Shown here: positions 12,763 to 24,695 of the stretch, piece after piece
How the letters are laid out: the number at the start of each line of letters is the position of its first letter
How positions within the stretch are numbered: position 1 is the first letter of the stretch
Source of the DNA: Gordius albopunctatus
Lineage: Eukaryota
DNA: 64,000 bases
Assembly: GCA_964276515.1 (NCBI GenBank)
Contig: OZ193909.1
Coordinates: 1,922,001 to 1,986,000, forward strand
Direction of reading: 5' to 3'
The notes under the pieces: generated by a model
The model's input: the letters and a program-made list of their open reading frames with translations, nothing else
What the model was told of the DNA's origin: nothing
Databases searched by the model: none
Position numbers and translations under genes: made by a program

Positions 12763-14017
12763 CAGTCTTGTTAAGGAGCGGCGCTACAGGAGCGCCGCTA
12801 CATTTTTTCAAAAAAAGCTGGAGCGCCCCTCCTTTTCAAAAATAAGGAGCGAGAGTAGCTCCTTTTAGGGCTGGAGCGGAGGAGCGTTAAATTAAATATA
12901 TAAATTATATTATTTTTTAAATATTAATAATATTTTATAATTAAAATTTAATGAAAATATAATTTTATTTAAATTTATTCATTATTAAATATTGAGCCGA
13001 GTTTTATATTGATTTGTCATCTAATCATTTAAAACAATAAACATCAGTTTTTCCTTTTTATATTGAGAATTTTTTGAAAAATCTTGTAAGTCATATTAAT
13101 ATTCATTTTATAGATATATAACAAAAAATAGTTTTATTATGGATTTAGTAGAGATTATAAAAGAATACACCAAATTTCCATTTCCACCATGCAAAAAATA
13201 TTTCAAGCTTTAAAGGCGAAATGTCTATTGTGCATTAACAACAAAATGATTTCTTTCTCTAAAATCAGCAGCTTTAATTAAAAAAACACCTTAAGGTAAA
13301 ATCAATATTTCTTTATTTTATAATAATTTTTTTTAAATGGTTTTAATTATTTTGGGGCAATTCATTACATTATTTGAGCTTGGGTTGTCAGATATGATGC
13401 TCTTTTATATTTTTATATTTATTTTAATTTTCTCATTACTCGTTCAACCTCCTTTTATACATTTTTTTCTAAATTTAAAGTATTTTTTTAAATTAAATTG
13501 TAACATCCAAATTAAAAATATACATTTTATTATGGCAAAATTTTCATTTTGATCAATAAAAGTGGAAAATAATTATTTATTTTAAATTAATAAAATAAAT
13601 AAAACAAAATAATTTTAAAAAAAATTTAAGTACCTAAAAAGATATTTATACTGCTCATTAAATATTTGTCGATTTCTTATTGAAAAAATCTACCTTAATA
13701 ATTTGATGTTTTAGATTATCAGTTAAAAATAAAGTTGATTTTTATAAAATAAATTTTAATGTAATTTATATTTAGAGAGTACATAATAAGGGGGGGGGGG
13801 ACCCATTTTTTATGAAAAAAAAATTTATTTCATATCTAAAGTTTATATTTTATAGTTGGAAAATCAAAGGAGCGGTTATGGAGAGGCACTCCATTAGTTG
13901 TAGCGGCACTCCATTAGTTGGAGCGGCACTCTATTAGTTGGAGCGGGAGCGCTCCTTTTAATATGTAGTAGCGGGAGCGGGAGTCGCTACTTTTAAAAAG
14001 GAGCGTTAACAAGACTG
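12763..14017. mobile_element. Non-autonomous hAT element (1255 bp), ~410 bp upstream of the tankyrase ATG
   Basis: 12-bp perfect TIR CAGTCTTGTTAA; TSD CTTGATAT at 12755-12762 and 14018-14025; subterminal GGAGCG motifs and three 20-bp tandem units at 13881-13940. Confidence 0.92.
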
Positions 14018-15225
14018 CTTGATATAGTTTAAATTGAGGATAAATATAATTTTAGTATATAATACATTCAACCTAAGAAACTCAGATTATTATTACTTTA
14101 CCCCCATATGGCGATTTCACATACTAATTATTTTCCTCGTTTTAAATATAATTCAATAAGTTTTTCCTTACTTTCGCTAGCTAATCAACTTTTAATAATC
14201 CTTAAATGACATATAATGCTTGTTCTTTATTTAAAGCAATATTTTCAATATTGAGTCATGGCCATCTATTTTTTTACAGAAATGCAGAATCAATTTTCAT
14301 TTAATAGAAGCTTTATATGTTTAAAAAATCTAACATGTTCAATGATTTTGTGGATTTTGAACTTTTATATATTGCTAGATTATGTATTTTTTAATGCATC
14401 CTTCTAATTTAAAAGATACATTTAGCAAATTACCATTTCATCTGTTCTCCTTTTGCCACTCAATACGAAAAATTGAATTTTGAAAACCTTATCAAAACAT
14501 TTAGAAGGCAGTACAATGTCAATATATTTCAATTTTTTAATAGCTGGATGTTTTTTGATCAATACTCGTAATATTTTCAAACAAAATACAAGTGTTTTTT
14601 ATTCAGATTCTCTTATCTATACTTGTTCCTTTTATATTTTAAATTAACAAAATCAGCCTTAATAAGGTTTTATTTATAAAATTTTATATTGTTTATTGGT
14701 AAGTTAAGACTCGCATAGATTTAACCACTTTTCCTTATTGATAATTGTAGTTTAGTATATAAAATAAATAAATTACTCCAGTAGATAAAGTTCTAAATAT
14801 CCCCAAGAATAGATTCTTTCGATATAAAGGATTTATAGGTTCTTTTGTACACATAAAAAAAGTATTCACTTAATAAACTAGTTCCATATTACCTCGCAAG
14901 AGTTTACTGCAATTTTAAAAGGAGGGTGGAAGGAAATTACAGGTTTCCATAAGAGAAAGATGAACTGATGAAAGATAGATAAATTAATTTTTATTTGAAA
15001 TATTATAGGTAAGTGTAAGAGTACAGCTTCTAGACCGAGTTTTTGTGTGTGTTAAGATTCAAATCGACTATCGTTTCCTAGTAACGTATAACATTGTCGT
15101 TAGCTTGGTAAGCAATTCAACGTTAAATGCGCGTTACAAATTTATAAAAATGGCATCAACTTCTTTAAAGCACATATACTTTGTTAGTATATGTTAATAC
15201 ATCTAAGTTATTTAGGATTACTAAT

Positions 15226-15384
15226 CATGGGCCTAGCCAGGGGGAGGGGGCAGAGAGGGGCGGCTGCCTCCTTCTAAATCCAAAAATTTATTTAAAATAT
15301 GACTAAAATTTTAGAAGAGGATGACTTTGCCGCTCCCGAAATCCTTATTGCCCCTCTCTAATTCCAATGTTGGCTACGCCCGTG
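15226..15384. mobile_element. Short GC-rich hAT-type MITE (159 bp), best-preserved copy of a family dispersed across the window
   Basis: TIR CA(T/C)GGGC(C/G)TAGCCA; TSD TTACTAAT at 15218-15225 and 15385-15392. Confidence 0.9.
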
Positions 15385-16066
15385 TTACTAATAATGATTC
15401 ATCCTCAGCCTGCATTTAGGGGTTTTAATTAAGTTCAAATTGATTATTTGACTTATCATCGCTATACAATATGCTAAATATTCATATTTTTTATCTTCCA
15501 ATTATTTAAATTTTTAATTTATACCCACTAAACATATTTAATGGCTTGCGCGATATTTTACTTCAATATTTGTAACAAATTAATGAGACCGTTTTTATTT
15601 GCTAATGATAGGCAATCAAGACTTAAAAGCATTGAGTTAGATCATTTTTATCATAGCTTATTCAAGATGAGGTCCCCATTTATAACTGTAAATTAAAAGA
15701 CATGTTTGCGATAGGTTTGTGAAGAATGTTTAATAAAGGATATATATAATCATAGGCCTCTTTAGATAACGTTTGTTGCTCCTTTAGCAAAAGAATATGT
15801 ATTTCTGAACCAACTCCAATCATCAGGTATTCATGAAGTTGAACGCATTTTTCATTATTATCACCTGTCTTATAAGTTGAGGATTTTCTTAAACTGATAG
15901 TAATATTTTTGGAAAAAAGTTGATAATATATTAATAACCCTAGAGTTGTTTTAAAGACACAATAACATATGAAGTCACTCTATATCATTTTATTACAGAG
16001 AGATGGTTTCTACAAAACTCAAACAAAATCTAAATCATTAAATTTAGCATCTACCACTTGCCGACT

Positions 16067-16441
16067 TTACGGGCAACATAAATTAACTAATTCCTTAAAT
16101 TTAATTATAATGTCAATCCTTAATCCTTTCTCTTCGTAACTATTAAGTAATTCCATCATGGCATTTTTGAATATCTTAGCCTGCAAAGGATCTTTCCACA
16201 TCTTTTTGTACGCCATATTGGTAATACTCTCCTTCGCCTCATTTTTGTGCTCGTTTTCCGACTTCTTGTTATTAAATTTGAGCTTTTTACCAACACCACT
16301 AACTTTCAAACTTTTATTAACGTTCTGAGACAAAGAATGTCTGGGCTTAAGATAACACCTTTTTTTCAACAATGCATTAGATGTCGTTCTCCGATTCTTA
16401 TTCGATGATTCAACATTTCCCCCAATTTTATCAACGACCAT
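16067..16441 (-). CDS. Possible exon of an unidentified Lys-rich protein gene
   Basis: 124-aa ATG-initiated ORF in AT-rich DNA. A GT lies just before the stop, and a further open stretch behind an AG lies at ~15893-15680. No recognisable domain. Confidence 0.3.
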   Translation of the reverse strand: MVVDKIGGNVESSNKNRRTTSNALLKKRCYLKPRHSLSQNVNKSLKVSGVGKKLKFNNKKSENEHKNEAKESITNMAYKKMWKDPLQAKIFKNAMMELLNSYEEKGLRIDIIIKFKELVNLCCP

Positions 16442-18172
16442 CCTTTATACCAAAGTATAGCTTTGCTATTCCAATCCTAAGTGACAATTTAAATTACAGA
16501 TTTTAACGATATTTTTCGATTATATGTTATTAAATTTGTTATCATAAGATCAAAAAAATAGCTCCATGTATGACAGGGTGGTGAACCGTAGTCTAATATT
16601 TAATAATCGTTTGATTTTGAGAGTTAGCTAGCAAAGGTAAAATAATAGAATAATGGACCTTTTTGACTCTTCAAATTTATTGGAGCACGGGTCAATTAAT
16701 ATATGTAACTTTGTCTTCGTGAAAATATAACAAAAAAAGATAAACCGTCAGAAATTCTTTTCGTTTTGTCACTAACCGCCATATTTTTAAACATCAAATC
16801 TTATATATAACTATTTAATCTTTTTCCTCACATATTTTATATATTAAACTCTTTTCAAAATTTAATGATTGATGCATAAACGATAAATTAATGTTAAAAA
16901 TCGGATGGTTGTCTTATAAATTAGTTAACCAAGATTAGTTTGCATATAAACTAAAAAAGACGTTTTATTTTATAAAGTAATTAATTAGAACCAATTTCTA
17001 TCCATGCTGTCAAATTTAATATTAAGTTTATATCGAAACACGTTATTTTCAACTATATTTAAAATAACGATATCTTAGTCGGGTTAAAAATATAATAAGT
17101 TATATAGAGCCTAAAAAGCCCCGTCAAAAATATTATTTAAAATTGTAATAATCTAATAGATATAAATACTTACCAAGCCTAGTTTAATATTTGGAAATAT
17201 ATTAAAGAAAGTTATTTTAACAATTAACTCAACTATAGCTAAAAATCTTGATTGTTGGCACTTACAAAATATGCTTTTTCCCAAACAATTTAATTTTATA
17301 TGAAGTTATATCCATTTTAAAAACAGATATAAAATATCAAAAGGATATAATTGCCAAAATAAATTTATATGTAAAGGTAATCAGTCGGTCACAAAATATT
17401 AATACGAAAGCAAAATAAATGTCTTTTACAGAAGCATAAGTCGATAGCCATTAAAATCCCGTATAATTTTCCACAGCAATTATTGAAAAATTACAAGTTT
17501 GACAGGAGAGAGAGAAAACCCAAAATGAGCCCATAAATTGGATAGCAATTGATATATTTAAGGAAAAATTAGAGGTCGAAGGCATCACATATATGATCCA
17601 CGAGAAGCGACCAGCTATCGGCCAACGATGTGATATTATATTTACTGATTAGGATGCCAAAATATTTTGTTAAGCAAAAAATTAGGAAAATATTTAATAA
17701 TCGGGCAGCGCCTACCGTTTTCTTTAAAAAGATAAATGGCGCGTGGTTCAAAAGTTGCTAAGGATCAGGCGATGATTACTATGTTTGCTAAAGGAAGAGC
17801 CTGGTGCTTGCCCGTCTATCGGATTTTTTTATAATAATTTTAACAAAAGCGAACATTTATTTTACTAAAAAACTTTTTGATCATCGGTTCAAAAATTTAC
17901 TAAATATTAAGGCTTGATAGGAAGGTGAAAATATAAAGATTACATGAAATCTTATTCAATAACATAATGGTGTATGAGTATATAATGTTTAACACGATTT
18001 TATTGGTCAATTCGTATATTGAATCATAATACATATAATAAATTTATATATATTGCAACAGTTTTGGATCAAAACACCATAAACAAACAAAAATTCATAT
18101 TTTTGGATTAAAACACATTATTTAAATCCAGGAGGTAGAAAGTGCCCATATGTGTGGACACATTTTGGATTT

Positions 18173-21100
18173 TTAGCTTTTTCTATTGATGGCTTCTAAC
18201 AAATCTGATTGCTGTAATGTGAAAGAAACGATTGGGTCAGTCTCACTAAAAAACATAAAATTATTTTAAAGGATAAAACAAACAAAATATAACAAACTCA
18301 ACTATTTAGTGATTTAAATAATATATTAGCATAACTTTCCAATGATTAACTTAGCTATTTTGTAACTTATTAATAGATTTTTTAATAAAAGAACTTTAAT
18401 AAGTATCCTTTTTGGGTTATTCTTCTTCTTTCTATGACTGCTTGTCACATAGGCTGGTGGTCAGTCCTTTCAGCATTCGTTTCCATTTGTTTCTATGTTT
18501 ACATAGATCTTTCTTTATCATGTGGACTTTCATATCATGCCGTATTTTATGAATCCAGGTTAGCTTGGGTCTTCCTCTTCTTCTTCTTCGTTTTCCTGCG
18601 AAATTTATCATCTCGATTTTCTTTTCTACGTAGCTATCGTCCCTTCTTTCTACATGGCCATACCATCTTAGTGTATTGGTCAGGAGCTTTGTCGCAATTG
18701 ATGTAGTACCAAAAATTCTTCTTATTTCTTAATTTCGCCTATGGTCCTTTTTGCTTACTCCTAGCACCCATCGTAGCTTTCTCATCTCTATGGCTGCAAG
18801 ATGTTGCTCTTCTCTTTTACGTATAGCCCATGATTCCGAGCTATACAGGACTGTTGTCTGTATGATGGATTTATACAGTGCGCCTTTTAGTTTTCTCGGG
18901 ATGTTTTTGTCACACAGAACACCTGTCAGGTCCCTTCACTCGAGCCATCCCGAATTTATCCTTGCTTGGATTTCTTTATCCATTTCACCATCCGATTGAA
19001 GTGTTGATCCTAAATATTTGAAGGAATCCACGCTTGTAAGTTGCCAATCGCCTAAACTAAGGGATGCACTTTGCTGGTTTTCATCCGATTTAAACTTTGT
19101 CTTCATGTATTCTGTTTTCTCTCTATTTATCCTGAGACCACTTTCTTCTATTGCATTTACCCATCTATTTACAGTGTTAGCCAATTCTTTTTCGCTTTTG
19201 GCACAGATGATTTTATCGTCTGCAAAGATCATTGCCCAAGGAGCTTCCTCGCCCAAATCCTTGATAATATTATCCATTATCATTATGAATAGGAAGGGAC
19301 TAAGAGCTGAACCTTGATGAACTCCAGTGTTGATGGCAAAGCCTTTTGTAGTCCCCACCGTTGTTCTAACATACGTTCTATTTCCCTTGTACATATCTTT
19401 TATTGCTCTGACGTATACTTGTGGCACATTGTTTTCTTCAACACATTTCCAAACTAAATTACGAGGAACTTTATCAAACGCTTTTTCTAGATCGATGAAA
19501 CACATGTGCAAATCCTCTTCCCTTTCTTTAAACCGTTCCATTAATCTTCTAACACTGTTTAGGGCGTCTGCTCTAGACCTCTCCGGCATAAATCCCAATT
19601 GGTTATCTCGAATTTGAACCAAACTCCGAAGCCGTTTTTCGATCACTTTCTCCCACACCTTGAAAGTGTGGCTCATAAGCTTTATCCCTCTGTAATTGTT
19701 GCAATCCTGAATGTCCCCTTTCATCTTGTATATCGGGATCATGTAGCTATTCCTCCACTCGTTAGGCATTACACCCGTTTTCAAGATATTGTTGAAAAGG
19801 TTGGCGAGGAATTGTGCACCAGTATTGCCTAACGCTTTGAAGCCTTCTATCGGTATATTGTCGGGTCCAAGAGCTTTTCCTGACTTTAGTTTACCCATAG
19901 CAACTTTCACTTCCGTTTCCGTGATCCAGTCCGCTGTTTAATTCTCCTATTGTATTTTCCTGGTTAGTTTCTTCGACTACAGGCCCCTTTTCAATTGATA
20001 AATCGCTATAATAGTCGTACCATCTTTGTAGTATATCGCTGTCGTGTAATAGTATTTCTCCCTTTTGACCCTTAATTAGCCGGCATTCTAGGTAATCTTT
20101 AGAATCTCAGGCCTTTGACTTTGCGATCTTATAGATAAATCTTTCTCCTTCCTTTGAGTGAGTTTTACATTTATATCGTCGTACACCTTGTTTTTAGCTT
20201 TGGCTACGAATTTTTTAGCCGATCTTTTAGCTACTTGGTAGGCTTGCTTATCATTACTATCCTTACTTTTATACCAAACTTTGTACAATCTCTTCTTTTC
20301 CTTGATACATTTTTGCACTTCTTCATTCCACCACCACGTTTCCTTGAGAATTCTTTTAGTGGGCTTGCTTTCACCTAGTATTTGTCGTCCTGCTTTTCGC
20401 ATTGTGGCAGCTATACCATTCCATTGATCCTCACATGAAGTATTTTCCTTAAATTCAACAAGTTTAATTACTTGTTCCTGAAAATGTTGAATATTATCCT
20501 TTAGTTTCCTCCATTGTATAGTAGCGGCTACTCTTTGAACTTTTTGCTCTTTAAGGCCCTTTAATATAAAGTCCATCACCAACAGCTTGTGTTGGCAGGC
20601 CAATATTTCACTCGGTATTACCTTAACATTTTGAACATACCTTAAGTGCGCTCTTTTGACTAGAAAGAAATCTATCTGAGTGGTACGGCTGCCGCTTTTG
20701 TACGTTATAAGATGTTCCTGTCTCTTTTTGAAGAAGGTATTTCCTATTGCTAGATCAAAAGCTTGAGCAATTTCTAGAATTTCCGTACCTCATTCATTTC
20801 TTAGGCCGTAACCCCGACCACCGTGATTTATTTCAAATCCTCCCCTTGATTTGCCCACGTGTCCATTGAGGTCCGCTCCGATAATTATTAGTCCCTCTTT
20901 ACCGAATTGGGATAGAACATCTTCAAGCTCCTTCCAAAAACACTCTTTTACCGTCTGAGAGCATCCACTTTGAGGGGCGTATGCTGATATAACGTTTATG
21001 GTAGTAGCTTTATAACAAAGCTGTATCGCCATAATTATGTCATTGATTCTCTTAACGTCGGCGACAGTTTGCTGAAATTCTTCCGATAGCACTATACCGA

Positions 21101-23851
21101 CGCCATTTAGGTGAGTTTCTGTACCGTAAAAATATAATTTGTATCCGTCCCCTATGTATTTTGCTTTTTGGCCCTTCCATTTGGTCTCTTGTATACACGC
21201 GATATCGATTTTTCTCCTCCTTAGAACGTCTGCCAATTCTCTGCTCTTGCTAGTCATTGTACCAATATTCCATGACCCAAACTTTATCCTACGCAAACTA
21301 ATGTCTTAAACCGCTTCCGTTTGTTGAGAGAGCGGTAGCCTTCGTTTATTTCCCACACATTCCAGGCGAAGAATGCGCGCGTCGCTTAAGGGGGGCGCCT
21401 TATGGTTTTCATTCTGCCTCTTTGTTGTAGTATACATTAGAGACCTGCAACGAGCCTATTTTGCTTGGTCAGCCCGCCCGCTTCAAAAATTTTTAGGCCC
21501 GGGCCCGGCCCGCTAAAAAAAAAAAAATTTGGTCCGGGCCCGGCCCTAAACATTTTTTGCAAAACCCAGGCCCGGCCCGGTCCCGTAAAAGATTTTTTTG
21601 CAAATTTTTAAACGATTGTTTTTTTTATTGAAAAGTTAATTCAATATTCAGTAATATATGTTACAAACATCAATAATAATCATGTAAAAACAATAAATCG
21701 TTAATTATTTCCGGTCTTAATCGGGTTCTTCTCTCTTCTAATAAGCGACCAGTCGTCAAGTCTTACTTATAAAGTATCAATTCAAATTTCGCAGTACTTT
21801 TTGTAAATGTATGAATGAAAAAGGAAAAATAAGTGTGTTTATGTTGCGTATTAGGACACAAAAAAATAAATTTAAATTATAAAAAAAACAGTTTAAATAT
21901 GACGTTTATCTTTGTTTAAGTTCTAATTATTTTAAAGTATTTATTACTACACAAATAAAAAATTAACTGATTTGCCGGCCCGCCCAAGCCCGACCCGTTG
22001 TTTTTTTAAGTCCAAAGCCCGCCCATACCCGGCCCGCGGGCAGGTCTCTAGTATACATTTTGGTTTATATGGAATGAGGGAGTATTGATATCCCGGCCTC
22101 CCAAGCCTGACGGAACTATGTTAGATTTTGGCGCTTGACTACCTTCTATTCTTTATGATGCAGCCATTTTGGTGAATTAAACTTTTCTTTAGACCACTCG
22201 TATTGATAGGCTTAATATAGCATTTCCATTTCACAAAGTACTCCCTCAAAGAGCTCACAAATTTTAGTCTGACCCTTCACCAAGAACCTTGCCAATAGGG
22301 TGACCCCACCAGTAACAAGCATAAAAATTGTGTTTGGCTACCAAAGGTATAGCTTCTTGGATCAGGAGAGTACACAAGCTCAACCACCACTACAAGGTAT
22401 TTCTGGCTATTTATTAATAGCTCAAAAACTATGATTTACTATAAATACTGATCTATTTAAATTATGTTTTGTTGATTAATAAAACAGACAATTTTATGTT
22501 ACCTAGATTTTCCTCGTGTAACATTTGGAGCTGAATGTACTAATTGGGGATTTGATTTAAAAATTCTTAAAGCTACTGCAGATTTGCATAGCTCTTTTAG
22601 ATCACTCCCCGAATAATTTTCTGTAAATAGAGCAATTTCTTCAAAATTAACATCATCACCTAACTAAAAAATAAAGATTAATTAGACTATTGATTATGTA
22701 TTATATTATTAACCTCAATATCCTTTAAAATAACTTTTAATATTTGTGTCCTTTGAGTTTTTTCCTAAAAAATGTAAATGTTCATTATAAAATCCAATGT
22801 AAAAATTAAAATTACAGGCAAAGGTATGTAAAATTTTTCAGGCAATCTTCTTAAGATAGCATTATCTAAAAAATCAATTCGATTAGTAGCCCCAATGATT
22901 AGCACACGGCAATCTTTAGTAGATAAAAATCCATCCATTTGTGTTAAGAATATTGATTTTAATCGAGATGTAACTTCATGATCATTAGAATTCCTGGTCC
23001 TAAGCATAGAATCTGTTAAACTATAATATATCAAATATCATAAATTACCTATTTCATCTAGGAATATGATGCAGGGTTGGATTTTTTGTGCCTAGTATTT
23101 GTATATAAAAAATCAAGTCAATAATCATCGTAAAAATAGTTAGAATCAAGCTATAAATTACCAAACTAAACAGTGCTTTAACTAACTTTTCACTTTCACC
23201 AAACCATTTATCATGTATTGATGATGACTCAAGGATAATTACATTACAACCTAAAAATATTAATATGTTTAAGAATAGCAGTACCAATTTCTTTAGCAAT
23301 AGCCTTTGTTATCATAGTTTTTCCACAACCAGGATGTCCATAAAACAATACACCTAGAACATTTATATAAAACTGTATAAATTCAAATGGTAAAAAACAA
23401 TATTTATTAAAAAAATTAATCCAATACCTTTGGGACAAGCTACTAAGGGAGATTTGGATTTTAATGTGTGAAAAAACAAAAACGGAAAAATGACTCTTTG
23501 TCTGATATCATTTATAAGGGTAGAAAGACCACCTACATCATTCCAAGATAGATCTAAAAGATCTTGATCGGAAACAATAGATGACGCTATTTCTACCTCA
23601 TAGGGATTAAGCTAGAAAATAATTAGGTATTGAGTATAAAAAGATTACATTTTCTATTTCTTTGGGCGAGAGTATACTAGATAAATTTTTCTTTCCCTAA
23701 TAAATTATATTGAATACATACATATCAATACTTCTCGTAAGGCCTTAGAATCCCTACGCTCAAGTTTATTGAGTATATAATATGCAATAATAGGAACGAC
23801 TATAGCGGTAACTAAACTAAACCCAAGTTTAACAAGTATTTGATCGCCCAT
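18173..23851 (-). CDS. ATAD1: ATAD1/Msp1-like membrane-anchored AAA+ ATPase
   Basis: Exons 23851-23732, 23696-23649, 23611-23428, 23353-23285, 23250-23162, 23091-23049, 23012-22816, 22764-22714, 22663-22503, 18245-18173. N-terminal hydrophobic helix, LNPYEVEIAS, Walker A GHPGCGKT, KWFGESEK, Walker B IIFLDE, RNSNDHE, GATNR, YSGSDLKELC, C-terminal LQQSDLLEAINRKS*. Confidence 0.9.
18422..22404 (-). mobile_element. Near full-length, degenerate RTE-clade LINE in the last ATAD1 intron
   Basis: APE endonuclease (GSWNIGT, CIQETKW, SAYAPQ, GADLNGHVG), RT (FIDLEKAFD, GVHQGSALSP, FADD), GAA-repeat 3' tail at ~18422-18430, RTE-type 5' end ACCTTGTAGTGGTGGTTGAGCTTGTG. Contains stops and frameshifts. Flanks AATAGCC/AATAACC. 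Confidence 0.93.
21438..22050. mobile_element. hAT MITE nested in the RTE 5' UTR
   Basis: TIR TAGAGACCTGC; TSD GTATACAT at 21430-21437 and 22051-22058; GCCCG subterminal repeats. Confidence 0.92.
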
Positions 23852-23953
23852 TTTTAAAATGCGTCTTTAAGGGACAATAACATATGCTTTTATACGGATG
23901 AGAACCTGAGAAGCACCAATGGTGTCAGATGGGACTCAATCTTAGCCATAGAC

Positions 23954-24695
23954 TAGAGCCCTGCACGGGTGACCCGAAACCCGACCTGACCCGAAGCCCG
24001 GGTCGGGTTGAAAATTTTGAAATACCTTCGGGTCGGGTCGGGTTCGGATTGAAAAATTTAAAACGCTTTCGGGTCGGGTTGAAGGTTATAAATCTTATAT
24101 TGCATAACAAACATATCTTTCAAATTAATGCTATTACATATAAAACATTTTTTAATTAATATCGAAATGTTCATTTAATTGATTTCCTTGTAATTCACTT
24201 CTTATTTTTGTATCTGGCCAATTTCAAACTCTACATAGGTAAAATATATAATAACTATAATATTTTATTTTGTTTTCTGTAAGGGTTAATTCTAATGCCA
24301 CAATTTATTATTAATTAAGTGAATTATTATGGATCCACATAAATTACAGACGCTGATTAACAATAAAATCTATAGAGTGGAAAAGAATTTGGTGGGTAAA
24401 TCCAAGGTTTGGCAATTATTCGATTTCATATATGACGAAAATGACAAGAAAATAGACTTTGTTTGATGCTCAACCTGTTTTCGTGTCTGGTCGTTTTTGG
24501 TTTGAAAATTTTTTTTACGTTTTCGGGTCGGGTCGTGTTCGGGTTAAAAAATTAAAAACGAATTCGGATCGGGTTGGGTTCGGGTTGAAAAATTAAAAAA
24601 GCTTTCGCGTCGGGTAGGGTTCGGGTTGAAAAATTAAAAACGCTTTCGGGTACGGTCGGGTTCGGGTTGAAAAACTGTGACTTTGCAGGACTCTA
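23954..24695 (+). mobile_element. Internally deleted hAT element retaining the start of a BED zinc finger
   Basis: TIR TAGAG(C/T)CCTGCA; TSD CCATAGAC at 23946-23953 and 24696-24703; ACCCG repeats; internal reading GKSKVWQLF...FV*CSTCF. Second copy at 54141-54806. Confidence 0.92.

Noticed and set aside
13881..13940. CRISPR-like array, also considered at 24480-24670 and 52950-53500
   Set aside because: No unique spacers; these are subterminal or internal tandem repeats of eukaryotic transposons.
12602..14620. Possible gene interrupted by the hAT element upstream of tankyrase
   Set aside because: Joining the flanks gives only short open frames with no recognisable motif.
18434..20378. Plus-strand ORFs of 73-99 aa, and similar short ORFs throughout the window
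   Set aside because: Antisense shadows of RTE, Gypsy or tankyrase coding sequence, or chance ORFs in low-complexity DNA.
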